64,000 bases of DNA, taken from the IMG/VR virus record IMGVR_UViG_3300031673_000001; one strand, written 5' to 3'. Under the pieces are notes generated by a model. That model was not told the DNA's origin, ran no database searches, and saw only the letters and a program-made list of their open reading frames with translations. This stretch comes from a virus. Its lineage: Duplodnaviria > Caudoviricetes. This document shows, in pieces, positions 1-9,312 of this stretch (its first letter is position 1; every line of letters begins with the position of its first letter). A program made the translations under genes and the position numbers.

Positions 1-1
1 T

Positions 2-271
2 TAAGAGAGAAACGGTTTCATTAAAATGTCTTTCTACTGTTGGTTCCCCTCCTGTTACTAAAATTCCAGCATTTCTTTCAAATATTGTATTTTGAATATC
101 TTTTAATTTATGTGGAGCTTCAGCAGAAATTCTCATTTTGACAGATGTATCACACCAGGGACATTTAAGATTACACGTTTTAAATCTAAGTATAATCATT
201 GTTTTCCCTGAATCTGGTCCTTCACCTTGCCAACTTACAAAATTTTCAATTAATCTAACTTCACCTTCCAT
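2..271 (-). CDS. queE: 7-carboxy-7-deazaguanine synthase, radical SAM (5' part only; runs off the window edge)
   Basis: Not in the ORF track. Manual translation from ATG at 271: MEGEVRLIENFVSWQGEGPDSGKTMIILRFKTCNLKCPWCDT...LVTGGEPT. Shows the QueE SxQGEG, CxxxCxxC and TGGEP motifs; SD GAAGGAG upstream. Confidence 0.85.
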   Translation of the reverse strand, partial: MEGEVRLIENFVSWQGEGPDSGKTMIILRFKTCNLKCPWCDTSVKMRISAEAPHKLKDIQNTIFERNAGILVTGGEPTVERHFNETVSLL

Positions 272-305
272 ATTATATTCTCCTTCATGTTTATTTGTTC
301 TAAAT

Positions 306-3300
306 TTAAAATAAAATAACCTCATTTTTCTTTTCTTCTATTGCTTTGAATAATGGTTTTAAGAATAATGCATGTCTATCTTCAAATGTAAATTTTAATG
401 TTGACTGAACATCTGGAATAAAATAATGTGGTAATTTTTCTTCTTCATCTGGAATTGCTATTACTTCCAATTTTTTACCTCCAGATATAAATTTATGATA
501 CTTTTCTAAAACATCTTTTGGCGCTTTATCAATATCTATTCCTTTCACCCAGTATAAATAACCCTTTGCACCTGTGCGATGAATATCATACATTATACTA
601 TTCCATGCCTGCATACTTCTTACTCCCTGTGGAACCATTTTATAATCCTCTAATTTTTTACCCCATGATACAGGTCTACCAATTTTCTTATCCCCATTTC
701 TTATCATTTCTACAAAATCTCTTTTGCTTCTATTAATAAAATCCATAATTTTAGGAGGTGACATCTTTTCAGATTTTGACTTTAATAAAAGTTCAGATAA
801 CTCTATTAAAAATTCTTTTGATTTACTTGGATAATCAGATCTTTTAATTTCAACTCCCATAAAATTAGTTTTATCAACTTCCTTCCCTTCATTATTTACA
901 ACATGAATTGCATATCGTTTTTTAGCAAGAAATAATCCTCTTGAAATAATTAACTCATTTTTTAATTTCAATCTGTTATACTCTAAATTAACATTATATC
1001 TCTTTACAACTTCAGCAATTTTATCATTATTTAAAAAATCTTCTATTTTATCACACCATTTACGAATATTATCAATCGTTTTCTCTTCCACAAAATTTTC
1101 AAACTTACAAAAAATTGAATCTGTATCTCCAGTTATAATGAAATCGTTTGATCTGTCAGGTAATGTATATAACTCTGGTTCTGCCTTTGGATCTGCAAAC
1201 ATTTCTTCTTTTGTTAAAGTCTTTGGTTTTATATACTCTATTCCTGTTGCCATACTTCTCATTAAAGCATCGCCTTCAATAATTGAAGTTTTCAATGCTT
1301 CTTGACCAGTCAATGTGATTGCTGATGCTAGTGATAGATCATAAAATCTAAATGACTTGTTTGCAACAACCCCATATAAAGTATTTGCTAAAACCTTATA
1401 AACAAGTTGTCTTGTATAAAAGAATTTTTCTGCATTCTTATCTTTCTTTTCAATAGCATCAAACATCTGACTTTTATATGTATCACGAGATGACATTAAC
1501 ATCTCGACTACTTCTCCAAACACAGAAAACTTTTTCTTATGCGAGTTAAAAAAGCATCCATTAACTGTATAAACTAACTCTTTTTCTTTTATCAATTTCA
1601 ATAACCCATTTTTATCAATTTCTACAAGTTCTTTCTTATATAGAGGATCAACAACTACACTTATTTTATCTGGCAACTTTTCTGGATTATATGCAATATC
1701 ATATCCAAGATGCGGATTGGTTGTTTTCATTACAAAACTATTAATACCAATATTATAAGTAATCATTAAACTTGGATACAGAGACTTAAAATCAAAATCT
1801 GTTATCCAACTATAAAGTCCAGGTATTGGTTCATAGACATAAGCTCCAGGATAACTTTCTTTTGAAATGTGTGGATCAGAATTTTTAGAAGCTATTCCCT
1901 TACTTCTTAAATATGAAACCATCAATGAATCAATCTGCCCCATAGATGTGACAGAATCAAAACTTGTATTACAAATAATTCTCAATTCATTTAACAAATT
2001 AATATGACCTAATTTATCATCTAATTCTTTTAACAATTCTGTATCTCGAATATTATACTTAATCGTCATATTTAACTTCTGCCAATACATCTCATTGAAG
2101 GACAACGGCAATTGAATTTTTGTACGCCCCAGCTCACTCTCTGCAATAAATCCAAGTTTATAATTTTCCATTTTTGTAAATGTAAATGTTCTATATAAAA
2201 AATCTTGATCAATAGCAACACATCCAGGAATTAAACAAATCCATCTTGCACCATCAACAAAAAATTCCCCAAATTTTGTCATTAAAGTATCAGGTATTTT
2301 TAAATTTCTAATTCTATTAAAAATGTATTGCATATCAAAACTAATTAAATTCCATCCAGAAATAAAATCAGGATCAGTATCTCTAAAATCTTTCATAAAT
2401 GTACGCAACATCTTATTTTCATCTTTTATATCAAAAATCTTATAAACAACACCATCAACTTTTTCTATTGGTTCAGTTTTATTATCAAGAACATAAGTGG
2501 TTGTAACACCATTATAAATTGATGTAAACATATTTATTGAAAACTCTGCTTCTATTGGACTTGGAAAGATCTTTTCTTTTCCAGTATCAATTTCAATATC
2601 AAAAAACATAACATTAGATTCTACCTTTGGAGCATCCCCTTTGTTAAAATGATAATAATCCATAGCATGTTTAGTTGTTATTCTAATATCCCCTTCATAC
2701 GTTATATCTGGATCTAATTGATTTCTATCTCTATATGATAAAGAAATTTGTTTAAGATCTTCATAAGGAATAATCTTTCTTGCTTCAACTCCATCTTTTA
2801 TCTGATAACAAATATATTCATCACTTTCTGTATGATAAATTTTTTTATTATTTCTATCTCTAAAAATATAAAGAACCTCTTGCTTTTTACTAATAAATTG
2901 AACATCAATGAGTCTGTAATCGTCTGTATAAAACTTCTCTGGAATCTTATATCTGTATATGCCTTCTCCAATTTTCTTCTCATTAACTTTAAATGATACG
3001 TCTGAAACAACGCCATTTAACAAATCTGAAATTTTTAACATATCTTCTTCAAATTTTGGTTCCCATACCTTTAAATTTCTATTAGCAAAAGAAGGATGGA
3101 TTGTTAAAAAAACTTTAAATCCTTCCCATTCAAACGTTTTACCATGAAGATTAGTTATACCCGATTTAGCAATGCCAAATGCACTCATAGGAGTTGCACC
3201 CATCAAAACAATCAACTTTGGTTTACATTGTCTAATAATTTCCATACAATTCATTTTACATCTTTCAATAACATCTGGTTCTGGATTGCCAGTTGTTTTA

Positions 3301-3581
3301 TCTGGATTTATTGTCTGACATAAAACTGTATTTGTTAGAAGATATTTTACTTTATTTAATTCATATTTTGCAAAATATTTTCTAAACATTCTGCCTGACT
3401 TACCAACCAACGGTGCTGGTTCTGGTTTTTTGGCAACCTCATTCTTACCAGGATTCTCTGCTACAAATACAATTTCAACCTGTGTAAGATCAACTTTTGA
3501 ATTTGTTTCTAGAATACAAGAAGGAGCATCTAATAATTGACAAGTTGAGCAATCAGCAAAAGAATCTTTAATTGAAATCAT
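306..3581 (-). CDS. Family B DNA polymerase with N-terminal family-4 uracil-DNA glycosylase domain
   Basis: UDG4: CxxC, FVAENPG, LVGKSG, LTNTVLC, LMGA, TIHPS. PolB: ExoI FDIEID, ExoII GWNLISFD, ExoIII YNIRD, motif A DFDFKSLYPS, motif B KVLANTLYG, motif C GDTDS, and AKKRYA. Confidence 0.95.
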   Translation of the reverse strand: MISIKDSFADCSTCQLLDAPSCILETNSKVDLTQVEIVFVAENPGKNEVAKKPEPAPLVGKSGRMFRKYFAKYELNKVKYLLTNTVLCQTINPDKTTGNPEPDVIERCKMNCMEIIRQCKPKLIVLMGATPMSAFGIAKSGITNLHGKTFEWEGFKVFLTIHPSFANRNLKVWEPKFEEDMLKISDLLNGVVSDVSFKVNEKKIGEGIYRYKIPEKFYTDDYRLIDVQFISKKQEVLYIFRDRNNKKIYHTESDEYICYQIKDGVEARKIIPYEDLKQISLSYRDRNQLDPDITYEGDIRITTKHAMDYYHFNKGDAPKVESNVMFFDIEIDTGKEKIFPSPIEAEFSINMFTSIYNGVTTTYVLDNKTEPIEKVDGVVYKIFDIKDENKMLRTFMKDFRDTDPDFISGWNLISFDMQYIFNRIRNLKIPDTLMTKFGEFFVDGARWICLIPGCVAIDQDFLYRTFTFTKMENYKLGFIAESELGRTKIQLPLSFNEMYWQKLNMTIKYNIRDTELLKELDDKLGHINLLNELRIICNTSFDSVTSMGQIDSLMVSYLRSKGIASKNSDPHISKESYPGAYVYEPIPGLYSWITDFDFKSLYPSLMITYNIGINSFVMKTTNPHLGYDIAYNPEKLPDKISVVVDPLYKKELVEIDKNGLLKLIKEKELVYTVNGCFFNSHKKKFSVFGEVVEMLMSSRDTYKSQMFDAIEKKDKNAEKFFYTRQLVYKVLANTLYGVVANKSFRFYDLSLASAITLTGQEALKTSIIEGDALMRSMATGIEYIKPKTLTKEEMFADPKAEPELYTLPDRSNDFIITGDTDSIFCKFENFVEEKTIDNIRKWCDKIEDFLNNDKIAEVVKRYNVNLEYNRLKLKNELIISRGLFLAKKRYAIHVVNNEGKEVDKTNFMGVEIKRSDYPSKSKEFLIELSELLLKSKSEKMSPPKIMDFINRSKRDFVEMIRNGDKKIGRPVSWGKKLEDYKMVPQGVRSMQAWNSIMYDIHRTGAKGYLYWVKGIDIDKAPKDVLEKYHKFISGGKKLEVIAIPDEEEKLPHYFIPDVQSTLKFTFEDRHALFLKPLFKAIEEKKNEVILF

Positions 3582-3600
3582 TTAAATCCTCCATTTCATC

Positions 3601-3616
3601 ATTTTATTTTTGTTAC
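3601..3616 (-). promoter_or_regulatory. GTAACAAA-W-ATAAAAT motif upstream of the PolB SD (motif B)
   Basis: Minus strand reads GTAACAAAAATAAAATGATGAAATGGAGG-ATG; near-identical copies at 7459 and 36287. Confidence 0.5.
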
Positions 3617-3653
3617 GCAAACAAAAATTATTTTCCCATTTAAACAAAAGTAT

Positions 3654-3674
3654 CTATATATATTAATAAGTGAA
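3654..3674 (+). promoter_or_regulatory. Conserved 21-bp motif A, putative phage promoter
   Basis: CTATATATATTAATAAGTGAA; one of five copies, each at a divergent junction. Confidence 0.65.
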
Positions 3675-3799
3675 TATTGAATTTGGTTTATTTTTTTTTA
3701 AATTAACTTTCAACAAAAGGAGGTCAATGTGGATAAAAAACTAAATAACTGACTATGGCGGAAACAAAAATTAACAAGAGTATCGAAATGATATAGGAG

Positions 3800-4702
3800 A
3801 TGTGGATGACCAAAATAGTACAGCAAGTTAGCTCCGGGAACAATTCTGAAATTGACCCAAATTCTATAAAATATTATAAGCAGTTAGATCGAATTAAAAA
3901 ATTGGCTCTTGATACCAATGTACCAGAAGATTTTCATATTAAATGGTTGCAAGCTAAAACAATAATTGGAGTTCAAGATAACCTCATTGAAGATACTGTA
4001 CATATTTTAAAATCCTTTCTAGTAAAATATGTTGATGAGGAGGAACAACAAAAATTAATTGATTTAAAAAATGCAAGAAATTTATTAATTGAAACAAACC
4101 TTCTAACCCAAATTCATACCACAGGACAATTTGAAAAATGGAAAAAACCATTTTCAAATACTTGTCAAAAATGTAAAGGTGCAGGTGAACTTCTACTTTT
4201 CAATCGTATTACAAAAGATGTAACTTGTAATAAATGTAAACATGGAATAGTCTGGTTACCTTGCCCAAAATGTGATGGAACTGGTAGAGTTATCGTTAGA
4301 TATAAAAAAGGTGGAGGAACAGATTCAATATGTGATAAATGTTTAGAATCAACTAAAGAGTATATAAAAACTGAAGAATATGGGACTCTTCTCAAACTAA
4401 ATGAAAAAAATCCAGAATCTCATCCCCTTAATATTAATAAAATAAAAGTATCTTGTAGAACATGCAAGGGAACAACAATTGCAAAAATTTTAGTTTTAGA
4501 TTATTCTTTAAAATCTACTACTCCTTGTGATTCATGTGATTCATTAGGTTATATAATTAAAACCCAAACCCCCAAGAAAAAACAAAAAGAACCAATTCCA
4601 GATAATCCAGTCTTAAATCAAGAGCTAGCACTAAAAATTAACCTCCTATTAGACAGTCAAAAAGATCTCAATTCCACAGACGAAACCAACCCTACAACAT
4701 AA
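3800..4702 (+). CDS. DnaJ-type CxxCxGxG zinc-finger protein without a J domain
   Basis: CQKCKGAG, CNKCKHG, CPKCDGTG, CDKC, CRTCKGT, CDSCDSLG; no HPD motif seen. Confidence 0.7.
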   Translation: MWMTKIVQQVSSGNNSEIDPNSIKYYKQLDRIKKLALDTNVPEDFHIKWLQAKTIIGVQDNLIEDTVHILKSFLVKYVDEEEQQKLIDLKNARNLLIETNLLTQIHTTGQFEKWKKPFSNTCQKCKGAGELLLFNRITKDVTCNKCKHGIVWLPCPKCDGTGRVIVRYKKGGGTDSICDKCLESTKEYIKTEEYGTLLKLNEKNPESHPLNINKIKVSCRTCKGTTIAKILVLDYSLKSTTPCDSCDSLGYIIKTQTPKKKQKEPIPDNPVLNQELALKINLLLDSQKDLNSTDETNPTT

Positions 4703-4711
4703 CATTTCCAA

Positions 4712-4760
4712 ATAGCTGAAAACTTTTCTACACTTCCATGATAGAGAAGTTTTCAGCTAT
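4712..4760. terminator. 19-bp inverted repeat at a convergent junction
   Basis: ATAGCTGAAAACTTTTCTA (4712-4730) / TAGAGAAGTTTTCAGCTAT (4742-4760), with one G-U pair. Confidence 0.6.
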
Positions 4761-5264
4761 AAAATCTTTCAATGATTTTTTAACTACTATTTTTTTTGTA
4801 GATTTTATTTTTTGCTTTTTAATATTCTCAAGTCCTAAAGAATTATAAAAAGTATCTCTTTTATCAGACTTATTTATTATATCACACAGAAAGTCCACTT
4901 CAAAAGATTTTAACTGTGGATATCTTTTTTCAATAACATTATAAAGTTTATCATTATACTTTCTTTTATAATAAGTTGTATCATATTTACCAACTCTAAA
5001 CTCCAATACACATTTCTTAATAAAATATAAAAGCTCTTCCCTTGGAATTGAATAAATATTTATATTATTAAAGTATTGATCTAAATATTTATTTAATGAA
5101 AGATTTCTTAAAAATACACTGATAACATATCTATTTGTTATTGGACTATTATACTTTAATATATTTGGAACAATAACTTTTCCATCTTCAGTCGTTCTTG
5201 GTGCTGGAATTTTACTATTTATATTTCCATCAAATAACCAATTGAAATACGTTTTAAATGGCAT
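4728..5264 (-). CDS. Hypothetical protein (size and context loosely fit a clamp-loader small subunit)
   Basis: 178-aa ORF in the replication block; the functional guess is weak. Confidence 0.55.
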   Translation of the reverse strand: MPFKTYFNWLFDGNINSKIPAPRTTEDGKVIVPNILKYNSPITNRYVISVFLRNLSLNKYLDQYFNNINIYSIPREELLYFIKKCVLEFRVGKYDTTYYKRKYNDKLYNVIEKRYPQLKSFEVDFLCDIINKSDKRDTFYNSLGLENIKKQKIKSTKKIVVKKSLKDFIAENFSIMEV

Positions 5265-5275
5265 TATTTCTCCTT

Positions 5276-5797
5276 TTAGAAAAGAATAATATGTTCCGCT
5301 CTATTCTTGTAAGTTCTCTCTTTAGCTTCAAAGTAATTATGTTCTGTATTAAGACATAATAACAAATTCCATTCATTATCATCCCAATAATTTCCATTCC
5401 AATGATGTATATGCCAAATAAACTCTTTTCCATACAATAACTTGCCACTTGGACCATAAACTGCCTTAACATTTCCGAATAGATCTTTATTCGGTATAAC
5501 AGGAAATTTATAATTTAATTCTGGACGAGCTTGAAAATAATACAGTGTATGCTTTCCCATTGATGGTAAATTGATCAATCCATATTTACTAAACACCTTT
5601 GAACTAGGATAAACCCTTATCCTTCTTTCATTTATTTTACTATCATAAATACTGCTAAAACAAAAAGGACAATCTATACAAACAGTATTTTTAAGATTTC
5701 TATCAACAACATTACACATCTGACAATCACCTTTTAATTCTGAATCAATGCCTGAATAATCAACTGGTATATTATTAGAAAAATCAATATTTGCCAT
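5276..5797 (-). CDS. Zn-ribbon plus HNH-like endonuclease
   Basis: CQMC/CIDCPFC, plus C-terminal HIHHWNGNYWDDNEWNLLLCLNTEH resembling the HNH signature. Confidence 0.55.
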   Translation of the reverse strand: MANIDFSNNIPVDYSGIDSELKGDCQMCNVVDRNLKNTVCIDCPFCFSSIYDSKINERRIRVYPSSKVFSKYGLINLPSMGKHTLYYFQARPELNYKFPVIPNKDLFGNVKAVYGPSGKLLYGKEFIWHIHHWNGNYWDDNEWNLLLCLNTEHNYFEAKERTYKNRAEHIILF

Positions 5798-5812
5798 TTG
5801 AACCTCCTTTCT

Positions 5813-6751
5813 CTACATCATTCTATGTATTATATTCTCGTAAAACATCTTCATTTCCCCTTCACATATAAGAGATGGAACTCTTAATCTACCTCTATCA
5901 ACTGCTTCAATTTTATCAATAAGGTCTTCTTTATCATTATAAATGTATTGTCTTGGAAGAATCTCTGGATAAGCACATCTATTAGGAGCTAGTGGAATAC
6001 AATTGTTCATAACAGCATCCACGATTTGATAACCAAATGTATCCTCATGCGCTGATATTAAAAGAATCTTACTCATACTCAAAAATTTATAATAATTTTC
6101 CCAAGTATTTTTTTCTTTATCTCGAGTTCTTCTAACAATGTCAATACCCTTCTCCAATTCTGCATCAACTTTCTGTCTTGTTGGTCTTGATGCTGAAGCA
6201 ATACCAATCGTTTTTTCAGAAACTAAATTTGATATATCTTTGAAAGGAGGAAAAGGTAATCTAACAACCACTGTATTTGCCCATTTTAACTTTTTCTGAT
6301 GATAATTTGAACCAATGAAAATTTCATCAAACATTCTTGAATGCGCTGTCTCAACTAAAAATTTACTATCACTCACACTTTCAAAATAATCAAATTTATT
6401 AATACTTGTTGCATGACAATAAGCAAACGATTTCTTTGGTTTCTTATGATATAGAACATTACAGAAGAAACCTGGAAAACTTATATCTGCGACAAATAAA
6501 ATATCATCAACTTTTAAATCCATTGCCATATATTCTTTTATCTGTTCAGATTCAAATCTAATAGCTGCCTCGATTGGAGAAAACATTCCTTTTGTCTCAA
6601 CACCTTTAATGTTATATTTAGCTGCTTTTTCTCCCAGAATATAAACTTCAAATCCTGCGTTTCTAAATTCTAGAGGAAACTTTGAGTACCACCATTCCTG
6701 ATATCTCATAGGAGTTGGATATTGAGGCACAAAAATAATTCTCTTATTCAT
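5813..6751 (-). CDS. GT-B (GT4-like) glycosyltransferase
   Basis: EDTFGYQIVDAVMNNCIPLAPNRCAYPEIL matches the ExFG...EA...P nucleotide-sugar-binding motif. Confidence 0.75.
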   Translation of the reverse strand: MNKRIIFVPQYPTPMRYQEWWYSKFPLEFRNAGFEVYILGEKAAKYNIKGVETKGMFSPIEAAIRFESEQIKEYMAMDLKVDDILFVADISFPGFFCNVLYHKKPKKSFAYCHATSINKFDYFESVSDSKFLVETAHSRMFDEIFIGSNYHQKKLKWANTVVVRLPFPPFKDISNLVSEKTIGIASASRPTRQKVDAELEKGIDIVRRTRDKEKNTWENYYKFLSMSKILLISAHEDTFGYQIVDAVMNNCIPLAPNRCAYPEILPRQYIYNDKEDLIDKIEAVDRGRLRVPSLICEGEMKMFYENIIHRMM

Positions 6752-6960
6752 TATTCTTTCTCCTTTCTGCTCCTTTTTAAAAGTTTAGGAATATCTAATG
6801 GTCTTCTATATTTACACGCCCAGCAATAATTTTCTCCAATATTATTATACATTTCACAAACAACATCATATATACACCAATCTTTCATACCTAATTTCAA
6901 ATTATAATATTTCCTATATTTTATATCTTCATCTTTTATTCCTGATGGTCCTTTACTCAT
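6751..6960 (-). CDS. Small Cys-containing hypothetical protein
   Basis: 69 aa, translationally coupled, SD GGAGG. Confidence 0.6.
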   Translation of the reverse strand: MSKGPSGIKDEDIKYRKYYNLKLGMKDWCIYDVVCEMYNNIGENYCWACKYRRPLDIPKLLKRSRKEKE

Positions 6961-6969
6961 ATTGCCTCC

Positions 6970-7440
6970 TTAAAACACCCATTTGCAATAACCTTCAAAG
7001 AGAACATACTTCTTCTCATATTTCCACATATCACGTTGACTTGCATAAACTTCATTTAATATATATTCCTTTCTAGTTGGTTCCAATGACTCGTGAATAT
7101 ATGGAGCATTCATTATAGTGCTATAAAAAGTTACATCAATTCCTGATCTAGCATATAATTCTCCAGTCATACCCAATTCTCTATGTTTTGGATGAGTCTC
7201 ATAGATTGGATCAGGAAAATAAAACTTATGATTTTTATTAATCATTGCCATAGGAATACTACTTTGAAACATTTGAACCTTAATTCCATCTATATATTCT
7301 TTTAACCTCATTGCTTCCTTTCTACGATTTGCATTTACATCTGGAGAATAAATAATTATAATAGTTTCCTCTCTTTTCAATACCTCATAACATCCAATAA
7401 TTTCATCATCAGGATGTGGTGCCACAATTACATGATTCAT
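6970..7440 (-). CDS. PIG-L/LmbE-family N-acetyl-sugar deacetylase
   Basis: IVAPHPDDEIIGC and ETHPKH motifs. Confidence 0.8.
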   Translation of the reverse strand: MNHVIVAPHPDDEIIGCYEVLKREETIIIIYSPDVNANRRKEAMRLKEYIDGIKVQMFQSSIPMAMINKNHKFYFPDPIYETHPKHRELGMTGELYARSGIDVTFYSTIMNAPYIHESLEPTRKEYILNEVYASQRDMWKYEKKYVLFEGYCKWVF

Positions 7441-7458
7441 AAATGTCTCCTTTCAATC

Positions 7459-7475
7459 ATTTTATTATTTGTTAC
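7459..7475 (-). promoter_or_regulatory. Motif B copy
   Basis: GTAACAAATAATAAAAT followed by GATTGAAAGGAGA-ATG; identical 17-mer at 36287-36303. Confidence 0.55.
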
Positions 7476-7527
7476 CATATCAAATAAAATTATCTTAATT
7501 ATTTTTTCTCAAATTTAAAAATCTGAT

Positions 7528-7548
7528 CTATATATATTAATAATTGAG
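7528..7548 (+). promoter_or_regulatory. Motif A copy at the head of the tRNA-array transcript
   Basis: CTATATATATTAATAATTGAG. Confidence 0.65.
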
Positions 7549-7608
7549 AAGGAGGTTTTTATTCATTTTTTTAAGAATAAATAATAAGAATTTAAGGAGA
7601 AACACGCC

Positions 7609-7878
7609 ATGTTAAAAACTCTTCAAAAGTGTATAGATGGAGCTCGAATAACAGCAGTTAAAGATTCCATCAAGATAGGAAAATCGTTAGACATCATTAA
7701 ATCAACTGTAGAGCATGGAGAGTGGTTACCGTTTATAAAGAAAAATTTCTCTATTAGTATTCGAAGCTGTCAAAACTTTATGTATCTTGCTAAACAACCA
7801 ATTGCTAAAAAGTATTATAAACTTGGCACTGAGGAGTTAATAATACGTCTTCGCAACGGAGAGGATTTATCTATTTAA
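7609..7878 (+). CDS. DUF3102-like protein
   Basis: IGKSLDIIKSTVEHGEWLPFIKKNFSISIRSCQNFM matches the DUF3102 pattern (HGEW..W....F..S.R.A...M). Confidence 0.65.
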   Translation: MLKTLQKCIDGARITAVKDSIKIGKSLDIIKSTVEHGEWLPFIKKNFSISIRSCQNFMYLAKQPIAKKYYKLGTEELIIRLRNGEDLSI

Positions 7879-7899
7879 AGAACAAAATATAAATTCAGT

Positions 7900-7991
7900 T
7901 TGCATGGGGCACTGGGCAGGGCGCTATTTAGGATGGTCCTGAGCAAACCACCAAAGATGGCATCTCCTCCTGATCCTGGTGTTCCATGCAA
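7900..7991 (+). ncRNA. Unassigned structured RNA candidate A
   Basis: GC-rich island; about 21-bp closing stem TTGCATGGGGCACTGGGCAGG / CCTGATCCTGGTGTTCCATGCAA with G-U pairs. Confidence 0.45.
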
Positions 7992-7999
7992 TTAAAGCT

Positions 8000-8077
8000 T
8001 GCGCACGATGTTGACATAGAACGATTAAAGGTTGCGCTCCTCGTCGTTCTAGCAATAATCCGTCTTCATCGTGCGCA
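8000..8077 (+). ncRNA. Unassigned structured RNA candidate B
   Basis: Perfect TGCGCACGATG/CATCGTGCGCA outer stem; inner TAGAACGA/TCGTTCTA stem separated by an internal loop. Confidence 0.45.
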
Positions 8078-8141
8078 TTTTAATTTAGTTCGTTTCTTAA
8101 TATTATTTTAATTTTTTTAAGAACATATTATAAATATATAT

Positions 8142-8221
8142 CGGAACGTAGCTCAGTCTGGTATTAGAGCGCGTGGTTTGGGTCCACGAAGTCGGAGGTT
8201 CGAATCCTCTCGTTCCGACCA
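8142..8221 (+). tRNA. tRNA-Pro(UGG)
   Basis: CGGAACG/CGTTCCG acceptor; CGTGG-TT TGG GT-CCACG; TTCGAAT; CCA. Confidence 0.95.
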
Positions 8222-8226
8222 TCTTT

Positions 8227-8312
8227 GCCCGAGTAGACGAATTGGCATAGTCAACAGGTTTAGGCCCTGTGCATTAAATTGCGTGGGAGTTCGACTCTCC
8301 CCTTGGGCACCA
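8227..8312 (+). tRNA. tRNA-Leu(UAG)
   Basis: ACAGG-TT TAG GC-CCTGT; long V arm; CCA. Confidence 0.93.
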
Positions 8313-8386
8313 TTCTCATATAAAAATGGTTATGTATATCTTTTGTCTCAAATTTAAATATTACAACGAAAGGTAAAAAAATTACT

Positions 8387-8734
8387 ATGCGAAAAGATGA
8401 CAAGATGAAAGCATATATCAGTAAACATGTCTATCTATCCAACGCTCGTAAAAAATTAGATAGCAGCGGAAGATATTTAGTTCCTCCTGAAGAAGGAAGA
8501 ATATTAAGATGTGGTAATTTTATCAACCAGGGAATATTTAGAACCTTTACAAACAATAATATTGAATTATGGCAAGAGATTGAGATAGAAGCTCCATATG
8601 ATGAAGAAGAATCAATAAAGAAACTTGATGAAATAACAACTTGGAATCCAGGAAGAAAATTTGCAATTTGTAAAGTATTAATACATCAAATCAAAAAAGA
8701 TATAAAAAACAAAAAATTTGATAACCAATTTTAG
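8387..8734 (+). CDS. Hypothetical protein
   Basis: 115-aa ORF between tRNAs. Confidence 0.6.
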   Translation: MRKDDKMKAYISKHVYLSNARKKLDSSGRYLVPPEEGRILRCGNFINQGIFRTFTNNNIELWQEIEIEAPYDEEESIKKLDEITTWNPGRKFAICKVLIHQIKKDIKNKKFDNQF

Positions 8735-8736
8735 AT

Positions 8737-8823
8737 GCCACCGTCGCTTAGTGGACGATAGCGCTGGATTTGTAATCCAGAGATCCTTGATCCTCGTAGG
8801 TTCGAATCCTACCGGTGGCTCCA
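8737..8823 (+). tRNA. tRNA-Thr(UGU) with atypical long variable arm
   Basis: GCCACCG/CGGTGGC acceptor; CTGGA-TT TGT AA-TCCAG; 15-nt V region AGATCCTTGATCCTC; CCA. Confidence 0.88.
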
Positions 8824-8853
8824 TTGTTAAAAGGTTACAGAGGTAACTATAAT

Positions 8854-9312
8854 ATGATATCTAATTATCTTAAATTTTTACAATCTGAAAAATACAATTA
8901 CAATGAAGAAGACTTATCCAGTCATCATGGAGTTTCTGCAATTATTTATGATAAGAATAAAAGAATTCTTATGCAGGAACATGTTAAGTTAAAATTTTGG
9001 ACAATACCAGTAGGCAAAGTCAAATCAGATGAAACTGTAATTCAAGGTTTGAAAAAAGAGATTTTGGAAGAGTGTGGAATCAAATTAATAAAATTTAAAG
9101 AAGTAGTAAAATTTAATAAAAAATATACCAGGCATGGAAAGAATGTAACAGTATTTGGTCATATTTTTGAAGTAGAAAAATATTCAGGTACTCCACGTAA
9201 TCTTGAACCCCAAAAACATAAGCAGCAAATTTTTATGAGTATTGAAGAGATTAAAAAGAAAGCAAAATTATCAGATTCGACTATTCAAGCATTAAAATAT
9301 TTAGAAAAATAA
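8854..9312 (+). CDS. NUDIX hydrolase
   Basis: Nudix box GKVKSDETVIQGLKKEILEECGI; start moved to ATG 8854 (SD GAGGT) because the track start lies inside tRNA-Thr. Confidence 0.85.
   Translation: MISNYLKFLQSEKYNYNEEDLSSHHGVSAIIYDKNKRILMQEHVKLKFWTIPVGKVKSDETVIQGLKKEILEECGIKLIKFKEVVKFNKKYTRHGKNVTVFGHIFEVEKYSGTPRNLEPQKHKQQIFMSIEEIKKKAKLSDSTIQALKYLEK

Noticed and set aside
7900-7991. SRP (4.5S) RNA
   Set aside because: TAGG...AGCA is only superficially like helix 8; the GNRA-capped symmetric stem is absent.
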